A stretch of DNA of 64,000 nucleotides from a virus: IMG/VR virus record IMGVR_UViG_3300040758_000047, positions 32,504-96,503 of that record; one strand, written 5' to 3'. The notes beneath the pieces were generated by a model. That model worked only from the letters and a program-made list of their open reading frames with translations. It was not told the origin of the DNA and ran no database searches. Both the position numbers and the translations under genes were made by a program. This document shows, piece by piece, positions 18,821 to 29,007 of this stretch (position 1 is its first letter; the number at the start of each line of letters is the position of its first letter).

Positions 18821-19279
18821 TCACGACGCCTCTTTGGCTTCGGCAACCTGTTGTTTCTTTTCGGCTTCCTTGAGGTCACGTAATGTGGCGGTAGCTTTCT
18901 GCAATTTCCTCCCATCTTCGGAGGCTTCACAATTGCTTGGGAGTTCGGATGGGAGGGCCACACCATTGCTGCGGCACCACTCTTTTTGCTGTTGGAAGGT
19001 TTCTATGTAGCGGGGCTTAGGTTTGCCGTCCGGGGTATTCCTGTCCCAGACCCAGTGGTGAAGGTCCTGGCGGTCGCCATCGTCTAGGGATCTGTCCACG
19101 TATTTCCGTCCCATATCTCCCATGAAGGGACTGGCGAACGAACTGGGTATCTTCTCCGTTCTTTCCCCGCACTCTTCGCAGGGCTCAGTCGGATCGTCCC
19201 AGTGTTTATAGAAGTGCTCCACAATCAGACCACGGTTGCCGCAGGTCTTGGAGACGCACACTGACTCAAAAACTGGCAC
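18821..19279 (-). CDS. FmdB-like zinc-ribbon protein
   Basis: MPVFESVC...C...CEECG pattern. Confidence 0.65.
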   Translation of the reverse strand: MPVFESVCVSKTCGNRGLIVEHFYKHWDDPTEPCEECGERTEKIPSSFASPFMGDMGRKYVDRSLDDGDRQDLHHWVWDRNTPDGKPKPRYIETFQQQKEWCRSNGVALPSELPSNCEASEDGRKLQKATATLRDLKEAEKKQQVAEAKEAS

Positions 19280-19282
19280 AAT

Positions 19283-19777
19283 CTACTCCTGTCCCACGTG
19301 GGACTCCTGAACTGGCCGTAAGGCCATCTCCAAGCTTTCTATTGCCGCCTTAGTTGCTGCGGCTACCTCGCACAGATCAGCAAGGCTTTCTCGTGGTATA
19401 TTAATTGATCGGAACTCAGCCAAACGGATGGCTGGATATATCTGACCAGTAAACGGTCCTTCGTGACCTCTCTTGAAGCCAGTGAACCCGTATTTAACAG
19501 TCCTGCCAAGGGTTCTATTGGCGATCATGCGCCTTACCAATTCATTAGCCGCTGGGATCAGGATAGAGTCTTCTTGTTTCCGACGAGCAGCCTCATTTTT
19601 ATCAATGAGGTAGAACTCAACGTCTATGGTCTTGCAGGAGGCTACCGCCTCAATATCCGCTCCTTCAAGGTTTTCAGTCGCACAGTCTGATCCGTACAAC
19701 GTTATGTGGCCTTCGTTCCTGCGAAGAAATTCAAGTGCGAGTAACCTGTATTTGTCCTTGTCGAGTTCGAACATCAC
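19283..19777 (-). CDS. hypothetical protein
   Basis: Coupled ORF in the operon. Confidence 0.55.
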   Translation of the reverse strand: MMFELDKDKYRLLALEFLRRNEGHITLYGSDCATENLEGADIEAVASCKTIDVEFYLIDKNEAARRKQEDSILIPAANELVRRMIANRTLGRTVKYGFTGFKRGHEGPFTGQIYPAIRLAEFRSINIPRESLADLCEVAAATKAAIESLEMALRPVQESHVGQE

Positions 19778-20349
19778 ACCGCCTCCGTATGGCTCTCTGC
19801 GATGTCCTGGAACAGCCCGCCGCCCAGAGACTCCTGAATCAGTTTGACCAGATCGGTGCCTGTCTCGAACTTACCGCCCAGAAGTGTTTCTAGGGCCTGC
19901 TTGTCTTTGGGCATCATGCGGACCAAGTGAGGATAGCCGGAGTTTCCCATATTGTATTGCATCGGGTCTCCGTCTATGAAGATGTCCCAGATGTCCTGGA
20001 TCAGCTCTTTCACGGTTCGCCCTTGAGATGTTGCGGCCTCCTGGTAATAGTCTTCGTATACCGGGTCCACGGAGCACCGGAACGTCAACTTGCCCTCTTC
20101 GCGGCCCGCCGCCTCCGCCAATAGCGGCAAGAGTTCTTCGCCGGAAGTCGGTTCTAAGCCGGTGGACTCCGTGATGCGCGCCATCTCGTTCGGGGTGAGC
20201 ATCAGCCCGCCGCCTGAAACGTCCTTTAAGAGTGTCTGGATGATCTGGGTGAGCTTCTGAACTTCGTTCTCATCCCCCTCGACCATGGTCATTAGGGGTC
20301 CGATGTCGTTCTCGGATAGCTCAAGTTGAATGTTGTACTTAACGCTCAC
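19774..20349 (-). CDS. hypothetical protein
   Basis: AGGAG RBS; acidic, 191 aa. Confidence 0.6.
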   Translation of the reverse strand: MSVKYNIQLELSENDIGPLMTMVEGDENEVQKLTQIIQTLLKDVSGGGLMLTPNEMARITESTGLEPTSGEELLPLLAEAAGREEGKLTFRCSVDPVYEDYYQEAATSQGRTVKELIQDIWDIFIDGDPMQYNMGNSGYPHLVRMMPKDKQALETLLGGKFETGTDLVKLIQESLGGGLFQDIAESHTEAV

Positions 20350-20391
20350 GGCTTTCTCCTTGGGTTTTATAGTACTCCCGTTTCCCCTTGA

Positions 20392-22638
20392 CTACAAGTC
20401 CTCAATCCTCGGTTCATAAGGCTGGCCTTCCGGCTTCTTCCCCATCAACGTCATCAGTCCTTCAAAACCCAACGAGTTGGGCAGTTGGATTTCCAGCGAA
20501 ATAGCCTTCAGTTGGATCGAGCCGCATTGCGGACAACGGTATTCTCGTTCCGGGTTATCGCAGACCCACGGCCATTTGCCTTCCGAGTCCACCGTCTCCC
20601 CGTACCGGCAAGTCTGACAGTAACACCGATACCGCGCGGGCTTCTGGACTTCCACTACGCCTGGAACGCGAACGCGGCCTCCTTCGTCACAGTCCATTTC
20701 ATGGGCGCAGTAAAGAGAGATGAGACCGGCAAGGAGTTCGTCGTCGTGAAACGTTTCCTCAGCCCCGAAGGTCCGCGAGTCAGCCTCTTCTTTCCGGTAA
20801 GTGGTCATTTCCTCTGCAAAGTTTGCTGACCTAATTACCCAAGTGTGAGACAAGAGCCAGTCCACTCCCGTCTGATGAAGGTACGCCTTCGTATTCACTT
20901 TGGTGTACCAATGCCATTTCCCGGACAAAGGGTGCAGGGAGTCCAGATGTTTCCACCGGAAGACATTTGGGTACTGATAAAAAATCAGCACATCGTCACC
21001 AACAGTCTGATAGACGTTGTACTCGATGCACATCAAGGCGTCGTTGTACCACCTTCCAATGACGTTACAGTAGAAGGCCAATTCCTTGGGCTTGGTGTGG
21101 TTATCCCTCCAGACCGCCACTTGCTCATCGGGCTGGCCAAACTTACCGATCTTGTTGACGAAGATCACACTGTAGTCTTGGCCGATTCCTTCGCTCGGGT
21201 CCACTCCAACTGAGTACTCAACGCCCAGTAGCGGCTCCTCCCAGACCCAAAAAGGGGTCTCGTCTTGGCGATGATCGACATTGCACCCCTTGATGTAACA
21301 CCGGCCATCTTCTCCGCCCGCCCCGTGGATTTCGCCGGTTTCCCGATAAATCTTTCCCTTCCTGACTGGATTCCGATCTACGGTCGAATTCACCCACTCG
21401 CGGCAGGCATCGTTGAACATCACGAAACCACTTACCTGCCAAGCGTCCTCGGCGGTGACGGCCATTTCCTGAAGCCACTGTTTCTTGGCCTTCTCCCCCT
21501 GTTCTTCAGCTTGCTCGCGGTTGTCCTGATGCCAATAGCATTGCTCGTCCGTCAGCACCATCGGTTGCAAGGTTCCCGTGTCACAGTCGGGGCACTTTGC
21601 TCCACTGACCGATTCTCCGAATAACGCGGCTTTGCGCCACTTCCGACAATTCGCGCACGTCAGCCATTCCTTCTTGGCCCGCTCCCGCATCAGTCTCTCT
21701 GGTTCTTGAATGCACCAACCGTTCGGAGGAGCCAGAACTCTGGTTGTCTCGAAGAAGCTCGGAAGAAACAGTGGATACCAACGTGGCCATTTGCCTTGAT
21801 CCATACGCCGCTCACACGCTCTCCAGATTCGATGCGCAGCGGTTCCGGCTCCTTCACCCGTCCCTTCGATGAATCCGAAGACTTGCGGTTTATCAGCCAT
21901 CGAGTTGCCTAAATCGGCGTTGACAATGCGCTCTAAGTCGTCCTCAAGGTAGCCACAAAACTCTGAGACGTGGGCCGCGTCTACAGCGATCCCTTGTCCT
22001 ACTCCAGAGTATTGGTTCGACCATTGCACCATTACACGAGAGTTCATGCCAGGATGTCTTAAACGGAGTAGCGGGTCCTCATTCTCGAAGAATAAGCCCG
22101 TCTCTTCTTTACGGCTGGACTGCATCGGCTTCAACCACCACGGCATGTTGTCGTAGATGTACAGCATATAGCCGAATAAGTAAGAAGAGTGCGCCCGATC
22201 AACCGAGACTACGATGGCTCTCGTATTTGGAAAGAACATCGCCCGCCAAGCGATCATCGCTTCAATCAAAGTCGAGCAGCCCAATTGGCGAGCTTTCAAA
22301 ATCAAAATCTTCTGTGCTCTGCCCTTGGCCTTCAGTTCGTAGTACTTATCGAGAATGATGAACTGGCTTTCCCAGAGTGATAGGAGTTGTCGCTTCAGTT
22401 CCTTCGTAGTGATCCAGAAGTAATTTCTCGCGGCGTAGCTGAAATCGTTTCGGCAGGCACGGGCTTGTTCGACGATGGCCGCTTTGAGCTTCTTCCCGTC
22501 AGCCAACCCCTCAATCAGTTCAAATCTTTCGATAGAGGGGATCAGGTCCCAGTCTTCTTCCCTAATCTTCAGTTTTAAGGGGAGGTCCCGATCCAAGTAC
22601 TCGATCATGGCGGATACGCCAGGGTCGCGTCGCCACAT
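20392..22638 (-). CDS. terL: terminase large subunit
   Basis: ILKARQLGCST (Walker A region), HVSE (Walker B), FIEGT (motif III), nuclease GVDPSEG..QDYS and HDD. Confidence 0.92.
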   Translation of the reverse strand: MWRRDPGVSAMIEYLDRDLPLKLKIREEDWDLIPSIERFELIEGLADGKKLKAAIVEQARACRNDFSYAARNYFWITTKELKRQLLSLWESQFIILDKYYELKAKGRAQKILILKARQLGCSTLIEAMIAWRAMFFPNTRAIVVSVDRAHSSYLFGYMLYIYDNMPWWLKPMQSSRKEETGLFFENEDPLLRLRHPGMNSRVMVQWSNQYSGVGQGIAVDAAHVSEFCGYLEDDLERIVNADLGNSMADKPQVFGFIEGTGEGAGTAAHRIWRACERRMDQGKWPRWYPLFLPSFFETTRVLAPPNGWCIQEPERLMRERAKKEWLTCANCRKWRKAALFGESVSGAKCPDCDTGTLQPMVLTDEQCYWHQDNREQAEEQGEKAKKQWLQEMAVTAEDAWQVSGFVMFNDACREWVNSTVDRNPVRKGKIYRETGEIHGAGGEDGRCYIKGCNVDHRQDETPFWVWEEPLLGVEYSVGVDPSEGIGQDYSVIFVNKIGKFGQPDEQVAVWRDNHTKPKELAFYCNVIGRWYNDALMCIEYNVYQTVGDDVLIFYQYPNVFRWKHLDSLHPLSGKWHWYTKVNTKAYLHQTGVDWLLSHTWVIRSANFAEEMTTYRKEEADSRTFGAEETFHDDELLAGLISLYCAHEMDCDEGGRVRVPGVVEVQKPARYRCYCQTCRYGETVDSEGKWPWVCDNPEREYRCPQCGSIQLKAISLEIQLPNSLGFEGLMTLMGKKPEGQPYEPRIEDL

Positions 22639-22640
22639 GA

Positions 22641-23144
22641 CTATTCCTCGACCGGCTTGGTCTTCTCGTACTCCACGGGGGTGGCAACCAGATCCACCAC
22701 TCTGCGAGCTGGTCCTAACTGGCGGGTTTCCTGTTCGTCAGCCAACATGCGGAAGATAGCGTCCGGTGTAGCCAGCCCCTTGGAACCTGAGGCGCTGATA
22801 TTGGCTGTCTGATTATTGTTGTTCTGTTGGACGTTGACAACCGTGCCCGCCTTGCCACCTTCTACTAAGCCGTACATCTGGGCCACAAGTCTCATCGCCG
22901 CCACATCTCCCGCTTCTACGCTAATCTCCAAGTTATGGAATAACTTAAATAGGTGCTTGATGGCGTGAAAGGCCTGGATTTTCCCTTGAATGGAACGGCT
23001 GGAGAGGTTCTTGGCGGTGACCTTGATGCCAGCGAATTTCTCGGGAATAACCAGTGGGGGAGCGGGGTTCAACGTGGGACTGCTGGCAACCTGCTTGATC
23101 TGGGTTGCGATGGGGGTCACTTTCGGCTTCTTTTTGTCCGCCAC
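22641..23144 (-). CDS. candidate terminase small subunit
   Basis: Position directly upstream of terL, size, and GDVAAMRL helical motif; inference only. Confidence 0.45.
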   Translation of the reverse strand: MADKKKPKVTPIATQIKQVASSPTLNPAPPLVIPEKFAGIKVTAKNLSSRSIQGKIQAFHAIKHLFKLFHNLEISVEAGDVAAMRLVAQMYGLVEGGKAGTVVNVQQNNNNQTANISASGSKGLATPDAIFRMLADEQETRQLGPARRVVDLVATPVEYEKTKPVEE

Positions 23145-23251
23145 GACCCCAATATAGCAGACTTACTTTAAGAGTCAATCTGAACAAAAAAATCGGCTGT
23201 GGCCGCAACGGAGGATGCAGCCACAGCCAGATCCAGACGCGGATTGAAAGT

Positions 23252-23593
23252 TTAGGTGGCCGATGTTGGTAATTCCGCTACGGCTGCGTCGGCGGCGGTC
23301 TTTGCGGTTGCCGCCTGCGTGACCAGATTCGTCAGGATCGTCTGCGTCGCGGGACTCAATACGTCCCCTTGGTTGGCGATCGACTGCTGAAGCTGTGTAA
23401 TGGTGGCCTCCAGGCCGGTGATGCCGGTTGCAAGCGTGGCTACATCCCCTTGCAAGGCTGTGATGGAACCTTGAATTGCCGTCAGTTGCGTTGCGATTGC
23501 GCTCATTTGTCTCTCCAGAAACGATTGGCCTGCTAGTATAGCAGCGAGTTGAATCCCGATGCCTGCCAGCGGATTTTGAATAGGCCAGTTCAT
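23252..23593 (-). CDS. coiled-coil protein
   Basis: Heptad-rich sequence. Confidence 0.55.
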   Translation of the reverse strand: MNWPIQNPLAGIGIQLAAILAGQSFLERQMSAIATQLTAIQGSITALQGDVATLATGITGLEATITQLQQSIANQGDVLSPATQTILTNLVTQAATAKTAADAAVAELPTSAT

Positions 23594-23688
23594 AGAACGA
23601 TGGTACTACACCTTGGGACTTATACTATATAATTCCCTTCGTTTTCGTCGGTTTCTACTCTCATTTCCTAACCTCTCTGCCTGACCCT

Positions 23689-23973
23689 CTACTGCGTAAT
23701 CTCTTTGACTCTAAGGAAGCGGTAATCGTCATACGCTCCTTCCTTAAAATACTTGTCATGGTTATGACCGGCGTTATCTACCGCCGATAGATATTGCTCT
23801 TTCGTGGCAGTCCCAGTGACCTTAAAGGTATGACTGGCGATCGTCACCAAATCATCAATTTCGGGGGCCAGCCCTGCCTTGAATGCTATGATCCCTATTC
23901 GGGAAAGCTCTTCAGCAATACGATCCGTTGGCTCACGTAACCGGGGATCATAGCATTCAGGGCGCTGTCCCAT
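23689..23973 (-). CDS. hypothetical protein
   Basis: ORF in operon context. Confidence 0.5.
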   Translation of the reverse strand: MGQRPECYDPRLREPTDRIAEELSRIGIIAFKAGLAPEIDDLVTIASHTFKVTGTATKEQYLSAVDNAGHNHDKYFKEGAYDDYRFLRVKEITQ

Positions 23974-23984
23974 CTATTTGCCCT

Positions 23985-24356
23985 TCACTCTGGCAACGCC
24001 TGGACCATTTCGCGCACGTCGCGCATACTAACGCCAGCAGCCAAGAGGTCGCGCGCACTGACGCCAGCAGCCAAGAGGGCGCGCGTACTGACGCCAGCGG
24101 CCAAGAGGTAGCGCGCACTAAAGCCAGCGACCCAGAGGGCGCGCGCACTGACGCCAGCGACCCAGAGGTCGCGCGTACTGACGCCAGCGGCCAAGAGGTC
24201 GCGCGCACTGACGCCAGCAGCCAAGAGGTCGCGCGCGATAACGCCAGCAGCCACGAGGTCGCGCGTACTAACGCCAGCAGCCCACTTTTCTTTGATGGCT
24301 GATATATCAGCTTCCAGTCGATCCAGTTCCTTCAATAACTCAGATTTCGTTTGCAT
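23985..24356 (-). CDS. 10-aa tandem-repeat protein (AAGVSxRDLx)9, copy A
   Basis: Nine 30-bp units; paralogue at 36929-37330. Confidence 0.75.
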   Translation of the reverse strand: MQTKSELLKELDRLEADISAIKEKWAAGVSTRDLVAAGVIARDLLAAGVSARDLLAAGVSTRDLWVAGVSARALWVAGFSARYLLAAGVSTRALLAAGVSARDLLAAGVSMRDVREMVQALPE

Positions 24357-24422
24357 CGTCTCTCTCTCCTAAACATGTGGCGTCCGTCCATTCGATCTTG
24401 CTGTGGCTGTCCCATCTACTTC

Positions 24423-25391
24423 CTAACCTCCTGGCCTGGGGGGAACCAGCCGTGAATTGGCCACACTCTGATCCCTCAAGGATGACTGCAAAATCGAATC
24501 CTCATGCTTAGAAGCTCTAGGGTCGGATATGGACCGAAAACCTTTTTGCATCTGCCCTTCTTGCTTTGTAAGCCGGTCGCCCATCGGAAGGTTGTCAGTG
24601 TCGAAATTTCCAATCTCCCTTAATGGAGGGGAATCACCGATCTCCGCCGGAGACATGTACTTCGGGCGGGGCTTGTACATTGCCTTCAATTGCTCCAGGA
24701 TTTCATCGAGCGCCGCGCTAATGTCCTGCTTTTCGTCGTAGACGCTGAAGGTCTTGCGAGCTACCAATAGGCCAAGAGATGTAGGCTGTCCTTCAACAGC
24801 TCCCCCGCCAGCACTATCCGACACGGCATCGTGCTTGTAGGTCAAATGAACCAGTCCCATCCCGGCCTGGTTGAGGACATTCTTGCGCGCCCGTAAAGTC
24901 AACTTTCCTTCCAGCCCCCTCGGCTCGAATTCGATGTAGTCCGGTGAATTATCGTTAATAAGAGCAATCAGATCCGACACGTCCCACTTAGGGTTTTCCG
25001 TTAGGTTTGATGGCCTTTTTCCTGTGACTGCCCGCCTGCGGACGGTTCCCGCCGTGAATACCTTACGCTTTATATCGGCGGGCTTATGCTCGTCGAATCC
25101 CGGATCTCCCGGCATTAAAATTACGCTCTTGGCCTCTCCGGGGTCCGTAGCAACGTCTTTATGGAGCACCACGGCTCCCAGTGGCGGGGGAGGGTGAACG
25201 TCCAACGTGGGACTCGGCACGCCCGGTGGAACCGTGGCAATACCGGATTCCTCCGTGTTCATGTCATAGAGCATTTCCACCGTGTCCACCACGTCCTCGG
25301 TGAGTAGAATAGAGTCCTGGGTCTTCTTCAGCCCACGGTCGAGGGTCTTCTGAATGTAGCGGGCGAACTTATCCTTGAGTGCTTGGTCCAT
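24423..25391 (-). CDS. hypothetical protein
   Basis: Likely start MDQALKDK at 25391. Confidence 0.6.
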   Translation of the reverse strand: MDQALKDKFARYIQKTLDRGLKKTQDSILLTEDVVDTVEMLYDMNTEESGIATVPPGVPSPTLDVHPPPPLGAVVLHKDVATDPGEAKSVILMPGDPGFDEHKPADIKRKVFTAGTVRRRAVTGKRPSNLTENPKWDVSDLIALINDNSPDYIEFEPRGLEGKLTLRARKNVLNQAGMGLVHLTYKHDAVSDSAGGGAVEGQPTSLGLLVARKTFSVYDEKQDISAALDEILEQLKAMYKPRPKYMSPAEIGDSPPLREIGNFDTDNLPMGDRLTKQEGQMQKGFRSISDPRASKHEDSILQSSLRDQSVANSRLVPPRPGG

Positions 25392-25567
25392 GCTTCCTGG
25401 CGTCTCTTTCCTTGCAGAGCCTTGAAATTCAGCGCACCCACCTCCCCAGAAATTAGTCCGCCTCACTCCAAGGCTCTGCACGGCCCTCTATCCGCTAGAG
25501 GGTTGCGTTTGTACTCCAACCGGCTGCGGTGTATTGTGTTTTAGACTGTCGGGTGTTTTCTCCTTTC

Positions 25568-25891
25568 TTACTGGTTCAGATTACTCGTCGTCGTTTGCGA
25601 CATATTGGACAGGGTTGCAACGTTGTACGACATGGCCCCGACCGGAGCTTTCCCGTAGAAAACGGTGGCTCCACTAGTGGTCGTGGGGAATAGACCGCCT
25701 TGCGTCTCGACGAGATACCGGAGAAACTCTCCGATGTACGGAGGCAGATTCGGCGGGTCCATGTAGCGGAAGTCACCGGGTTGGGCGATTGGGTTCATCA
25801 GAATTTTTTGCGCCGGTTTAGCGGGGTGTAAAGCATCCCACACCGCTTCGGCCACCACAGCACTCTTGCCCCAGGGGCTATCTTGCTCCAC
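25568..25891 (-). CDS. small ORF containing an in-frame copy of about 55 aa of the portal
   Basis: 25703-25825 is identical to portal 15714-15836. Confidence 0.5.
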   Translation of the reverse strand: MEQDSPWGKSAVVAEAVWDALHPAKPAQKILMNPIAQPGDFRYMDPPNLPPYIGEFLRYLVETQGGLFPTTTSGATVFYGKAPVGAMSYNVATLSNMSQTTTSNLNQ

Positions 25892-25908
25892 CGCCTTCTG
25901 GACGGTGG

Positions 25909-26109
25909 CTAGGCGAAAGGGCGGACCAGTACCTCCGCCTTCTGCATATCCACTTTGGGTGCTTCACCACCCATCACGGCAGCAAGGGCGGCGGACTGTC
26001 CATCTCGGGCAATCACAGCCTTGGGGCCAAAGACCAACTTCTCGACGGCCCCTTCTTCGGCTTCTTTCTTGCTCGGCTTCTCGATGATCGCTACTTCAAA
26101 CAACGGCAT
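25909..26109 (-). CDS. conserved small phage protein
   Basis: MPLFEVAII...VLVRPF; AGGAG RBS. Confidence 0.65.
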   Translation of the reverse strand: MPLFEVAIIEKPSKKEAEEGAVEKLVFGPKAVIARDGQSAALAAVMGGEAPKVDMQKAEVLVRPFA

Positions 26110-26123
26110 TGCACTTCTCCTTT

Positions 26124-26666
26124 TCAGACTTGATCCTTCATTCTTGCGTTTGGCTCGTATACTAAAGTCTTCTTGGCCCGGTCCATGGCTTCTGCCCAAT
26201 CTACCCCGTAACGTCGCCGGATTCCTTCCGCCCGTTCGCGGAGTTCCGCCTCCTGATCGGTCATGTCCGTGTAGCCGCTTCCATCTCCACCCAGAATCTT
26301 AGTCAACCAGTTGGTCTGGCTCCTGGTGAACTTCTCGAAGGAGAGGGACAGGGAATCCAGGGCGGCGAGTTGCTTGGATGCTTGATCTGTCCGCTCGACA
26401 CGCCCGCCAACAAGACCATCACGAACTAAAGCGAGATTGTCGTTGATCGTTGAAAGATGCGTTCGGGTTATGCCCGCCTGCTCCTGGATGGCTGCGTTCA
26501 CTTTGCAAATCTGGTCGCGGATCTCGGTGAACTCCAGCGATGGCTGGTACACCGTGGGACTGCGCATGACCCTCACGGTGGAGAGTACCATCTTGTAGAC
26601 GGCCACTACCACCGCGATCGCCACGATCCCGTAGCCAATCCACGACATCAAGACTTGCAGCGTCAT
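26124..26666 (-). CDS. membrane-anchored coiled-coil protein
   Basis: Start MTLQVLM at 26666; one N-terminal TM helix. Confidence 0.6.
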   Translation of the reverse strand: MTLQVLMSWIGYGIVAIAVVVAVYKMVLSTVRVMRSPTVYQPSLEFTEIRDQICKVNAAIQEQAGITRTHLSTINDNLALVRDGLVGGRVERTDQASKQLAALDSLSLSFEKFTRSQTNWLTKILGGDGSGYTDMTDQEAELRERAEGIRRRYGVDWAEAMDRAKKTLVYEPNARMKDQV

Positions 26667-26995
26667 TTCGCAACCTTCTTTTTGTGGCTTTTCCTGACCT
26701 CGACGAAGTAACCTTGGCTCAATAGAAAGTCCGTGCCCGACTTCACATACTGTTGTACGCGGGCCTTGGAGATATCCAGCGCTTGAGTGTACTTCATCCC
26801 GATTAAATAAGCCTTGGTTTCCGGCCACTCCGAACCCTGCAAGAACATAATGGCGGCATTGATCGCAACCTTCAATCGAGTCCGTTTACGATGTGACCAG
26901 TCTTCGGGAGGTTCCGGCGCGCGTTTATAGATACGCGGGTCCGATGCCGTCATACGGCCTTCGCGGATCGCCTTCCTCAGGTCGCGAGGGGTCAT
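26663..26995 (-). CDS. putative helix-turn-helix protein
   Basis: YTQALDISKARVQQYV resembles an HTH. Confidence 0.5.
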   Translation of the reverse strand: MTPRDLRKAIREGRMTASDPRIYKRAPEPPEDWSHRKRTRLKVAINAAIMFLQGSEWPETKAYLIGMKYTQALDISKARVQQYVKSGTDFLLSQGYFVEVRKSHKKKVAK

Positions 26996-27261
26996 TCCAG
27001 GATGTCCTCGGCTCTTTCCAGCCATTCGGGAATCGGTTTGCCGTGGTAGATGAACTCCAAGAAACGAACCGCCATTTCATTGCACGACAGTTCGCTTTGG
27101 ATGTGGACAACGTCGAACACGCTCTCGATGGAGGCGAACCGCTCGATGGCGATGCCGATCTTGTTTGGTCCTTGGCATCCTACTTCATAGCAGAGCCCCA
27201 AGGTTTTGATGATCTCAAGGGTGAGTTGGAATTTGGTCATTGCTTTGGATGCTCCTTCCAA
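26992..27261 (-). CDS. hypothetical protein
   Basis: Coupled ORF. Confidence 0.45.
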   Translation of the reverse strand: MEGASKAMTKFQLTLEIIKTLGLCYEVGCQGPNKIGIAIERFASIESVFDVVHIQSELSCNEMAVRFLEFIYHGKPIPEWLERAEDILE

Positions 27262-27400
27262 TACTTCGCCGTTGCTATAATGGTGTACCCATCTTGGTCT
27301 TCGACATTTTCCCAGCGCCCTGTCGAGATCAAGAACTTCTTCGCCTCATCGTAGGTCATCCCCATTGCTATTTCGAAATCGCTGGGCCTTTGCTCGGGCT

Positions 27401-28219
27401 TCATCCCAACACCCCTACCTTCCCATCGCCTTCATACTTTAAGATGATCTCGTCTTCACTGATTTCCTTGACCACCACATTTGTTTCCAGTTGTACCCTG
27501 CCCGACTTCCCTACGACTTTAAGAGCGGCAATCATCCCCGGTTTTGCTGACCACTGCCACGCTGCCTTCGGCCCCTCCATCAACTTCACAACTTCGGCTT
27601 CGTCAACCACGTCGTTGGTCAAGTAGTCCTGAATTTGGCGCAAAATCATGGCTTTGGTGGGCCGATCGTCGGGCTCCTCGCGTTCGCGGGCCGTCACTCC
27701 CCTAGTCGAGGCTTCCCGCTTGGCCTTCCGTTCCGCCACTTTCTTTTTCTTGGCTTGCTTGGTTTCGCCTCTTCGAATCTCGCCGACCAACGATAAGGAG
27801 ACGCCAATGTACTTGGCGATCTGGGTGTCTTTCCACTCCCCAATCTTCTCGTCGGTTACCGCCAATTCAACGGCGCGTCTTTTGTCGGCATTGGTCAGCC
27901 GTGCGCCGTGATGGGAGTTTTCCAATAGGGCGTACTTCAGTGCATCGGAGGCGTCCCCATCGTGTATGACGGCGGGGATTTCCAGCTTGTTTTCCTGCCG
28001 GTAGGCTTCGATGCGATGGAAGCCGTCCGCGACACGGTAGGAGTTGTCTCCGTTACGGAAGATATGAATGGGGTCCATATTCCCGTGCTCCTGAATTAAG
28101 GAGCGGTACTGATGGACCAATCTGGCGTCGAGGGTGATGCGAATTTGGACGGAATTAGTTTCGTCAATTTGCTCGATGGGAACCAGCTTAACGGTTTTCT
28201 TGGTGGCAGAGGGTGTCAT
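27401..28219 (-). CDS. parB: ParB-family protein (ParB/Srx CTPase domain + HTH)
   Basis: DPIHIF, VADGFHRIEA (GxxRxxA), LLEN, and HTH DTQIAKYIGVSLSLVGEIRR. Confidence 0.82.
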   Translation of the reverse strand: MTPSATKKTVKLVPIEQIDETNSVQIRITLDARLVHQYRSLIQEHGNMDPIHIFRNGDNSYRVADGFHRIEAYRQENKLEIPAVIHDGDASDALKYALLENSHHGARLTNADKRRAVELAVTDEKIGEWKDTQIAKYIGVSLSLVGEIRRGETKQAKKKKVAERKAKREASTRGVTAREREEPDDRPTKAMILRQIQDYLTNDVVDEAEVVKLMEGPKAAWQWSAKPGMIAALKVVGKSGRVQLETNVVVKEISEDEIILKYEGDGKVGVLG

Positions 28220-28226
28220 TGTCTTT

Positions 28227-28240
28227 GTCCCACGTTGTAC
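28227..28240. promoter_or_regulatory. parS-like site immediately upstream of parB
   Basis: GTCCCACGTTGTAC, 7 nt before the parB ATG. Confidence 0.7.
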
Positions 28241-28591
28241 TCGATCTATAGGGTACGCGGAGTCAAGAGTGAAGTCAAGAGGTGTTTTAATACCTTCTCA
28301 AGACGTTTCCCTGGATCATCAGTTCAGCCTCCCGTAACACCACGAACCCATGGATTTGCTGAACTTCTTTTTTGGAGTATCCAGAAAGCAGCATGATCTT
28401 AGCCGCACGCACCCTGGACTCATAGACGGGGTTCGCAGGCTTCGGTCGGCGGTCCTCCACATCATCTTCAATTTGGTGGATCATATAAATGTCGGACATA
28501 GGATAAGATCGTTATCCAGAGCCAGAGCCATCGCAATAGCCATGGCCACCGCCATCGCCAGAGCCGTAATCCGGGTCGGAGTTTCACGGCC

Positions 28592-28924
28592 TCAGTCCTT
28601 CAGCGCCTCGCGGAGCTTGTCAAGTTCCACTGTGTAGGTCGGTTCTGTGTATTCCCCGCCGTGAATCTTGTACAGAATCCAGACCGACTGGTAGCGCTCA
28701 TCGGCGTGAACCGCATCCAATCTGTTCTTCAAGTCTTCCGCCGCCCGCGCGACGGCGAGCAGGCCTTGCCGCTCTCGTTGGAGTTTCAGGATCTCATCCC
28801 GCAGTAGGGGATAGCTGCGAAATGCTGCAATGGACCACTTTAAGTCAGCCGATGGCCATTCCTGTGCCACCGCAGCCAGACGCAGTCGGTCCAACTCCGC
28901 GATGATCTCGTTGATGTCAGCCAC
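28592..28924 (-). CDS. hypothetical phage protein
   Basis: AGGAGG RBS. Confidence 0.55.
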   Translation of the reverse strand: MADINEIIAELDRLRLAAVAQEWPSADLKWSIAAFRSYPLLRDEILKLQRERQGLLAVARAAEDLKNRLDAVHADERYQSVWILYKIHGGEYTEPTYTVELDKLREALKD

Positions 28925-29007
28925 GTTCTACCTCCTGCCTCAGCACTTGCGCCAACGCTGGGACTTATATACATGATATAGATTGAGATTCAGGGAGTGT
29001 TTCAACA

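Noticed and set aside
28510-28580. GSGDG-type, Ser/Trp (about 32433-32600) and AWDA (about 40470-40620) low-complexity tracts as a novel system
   Set aside because: Such tracts are common in phage accessory ORFs; no additional structure was seen.
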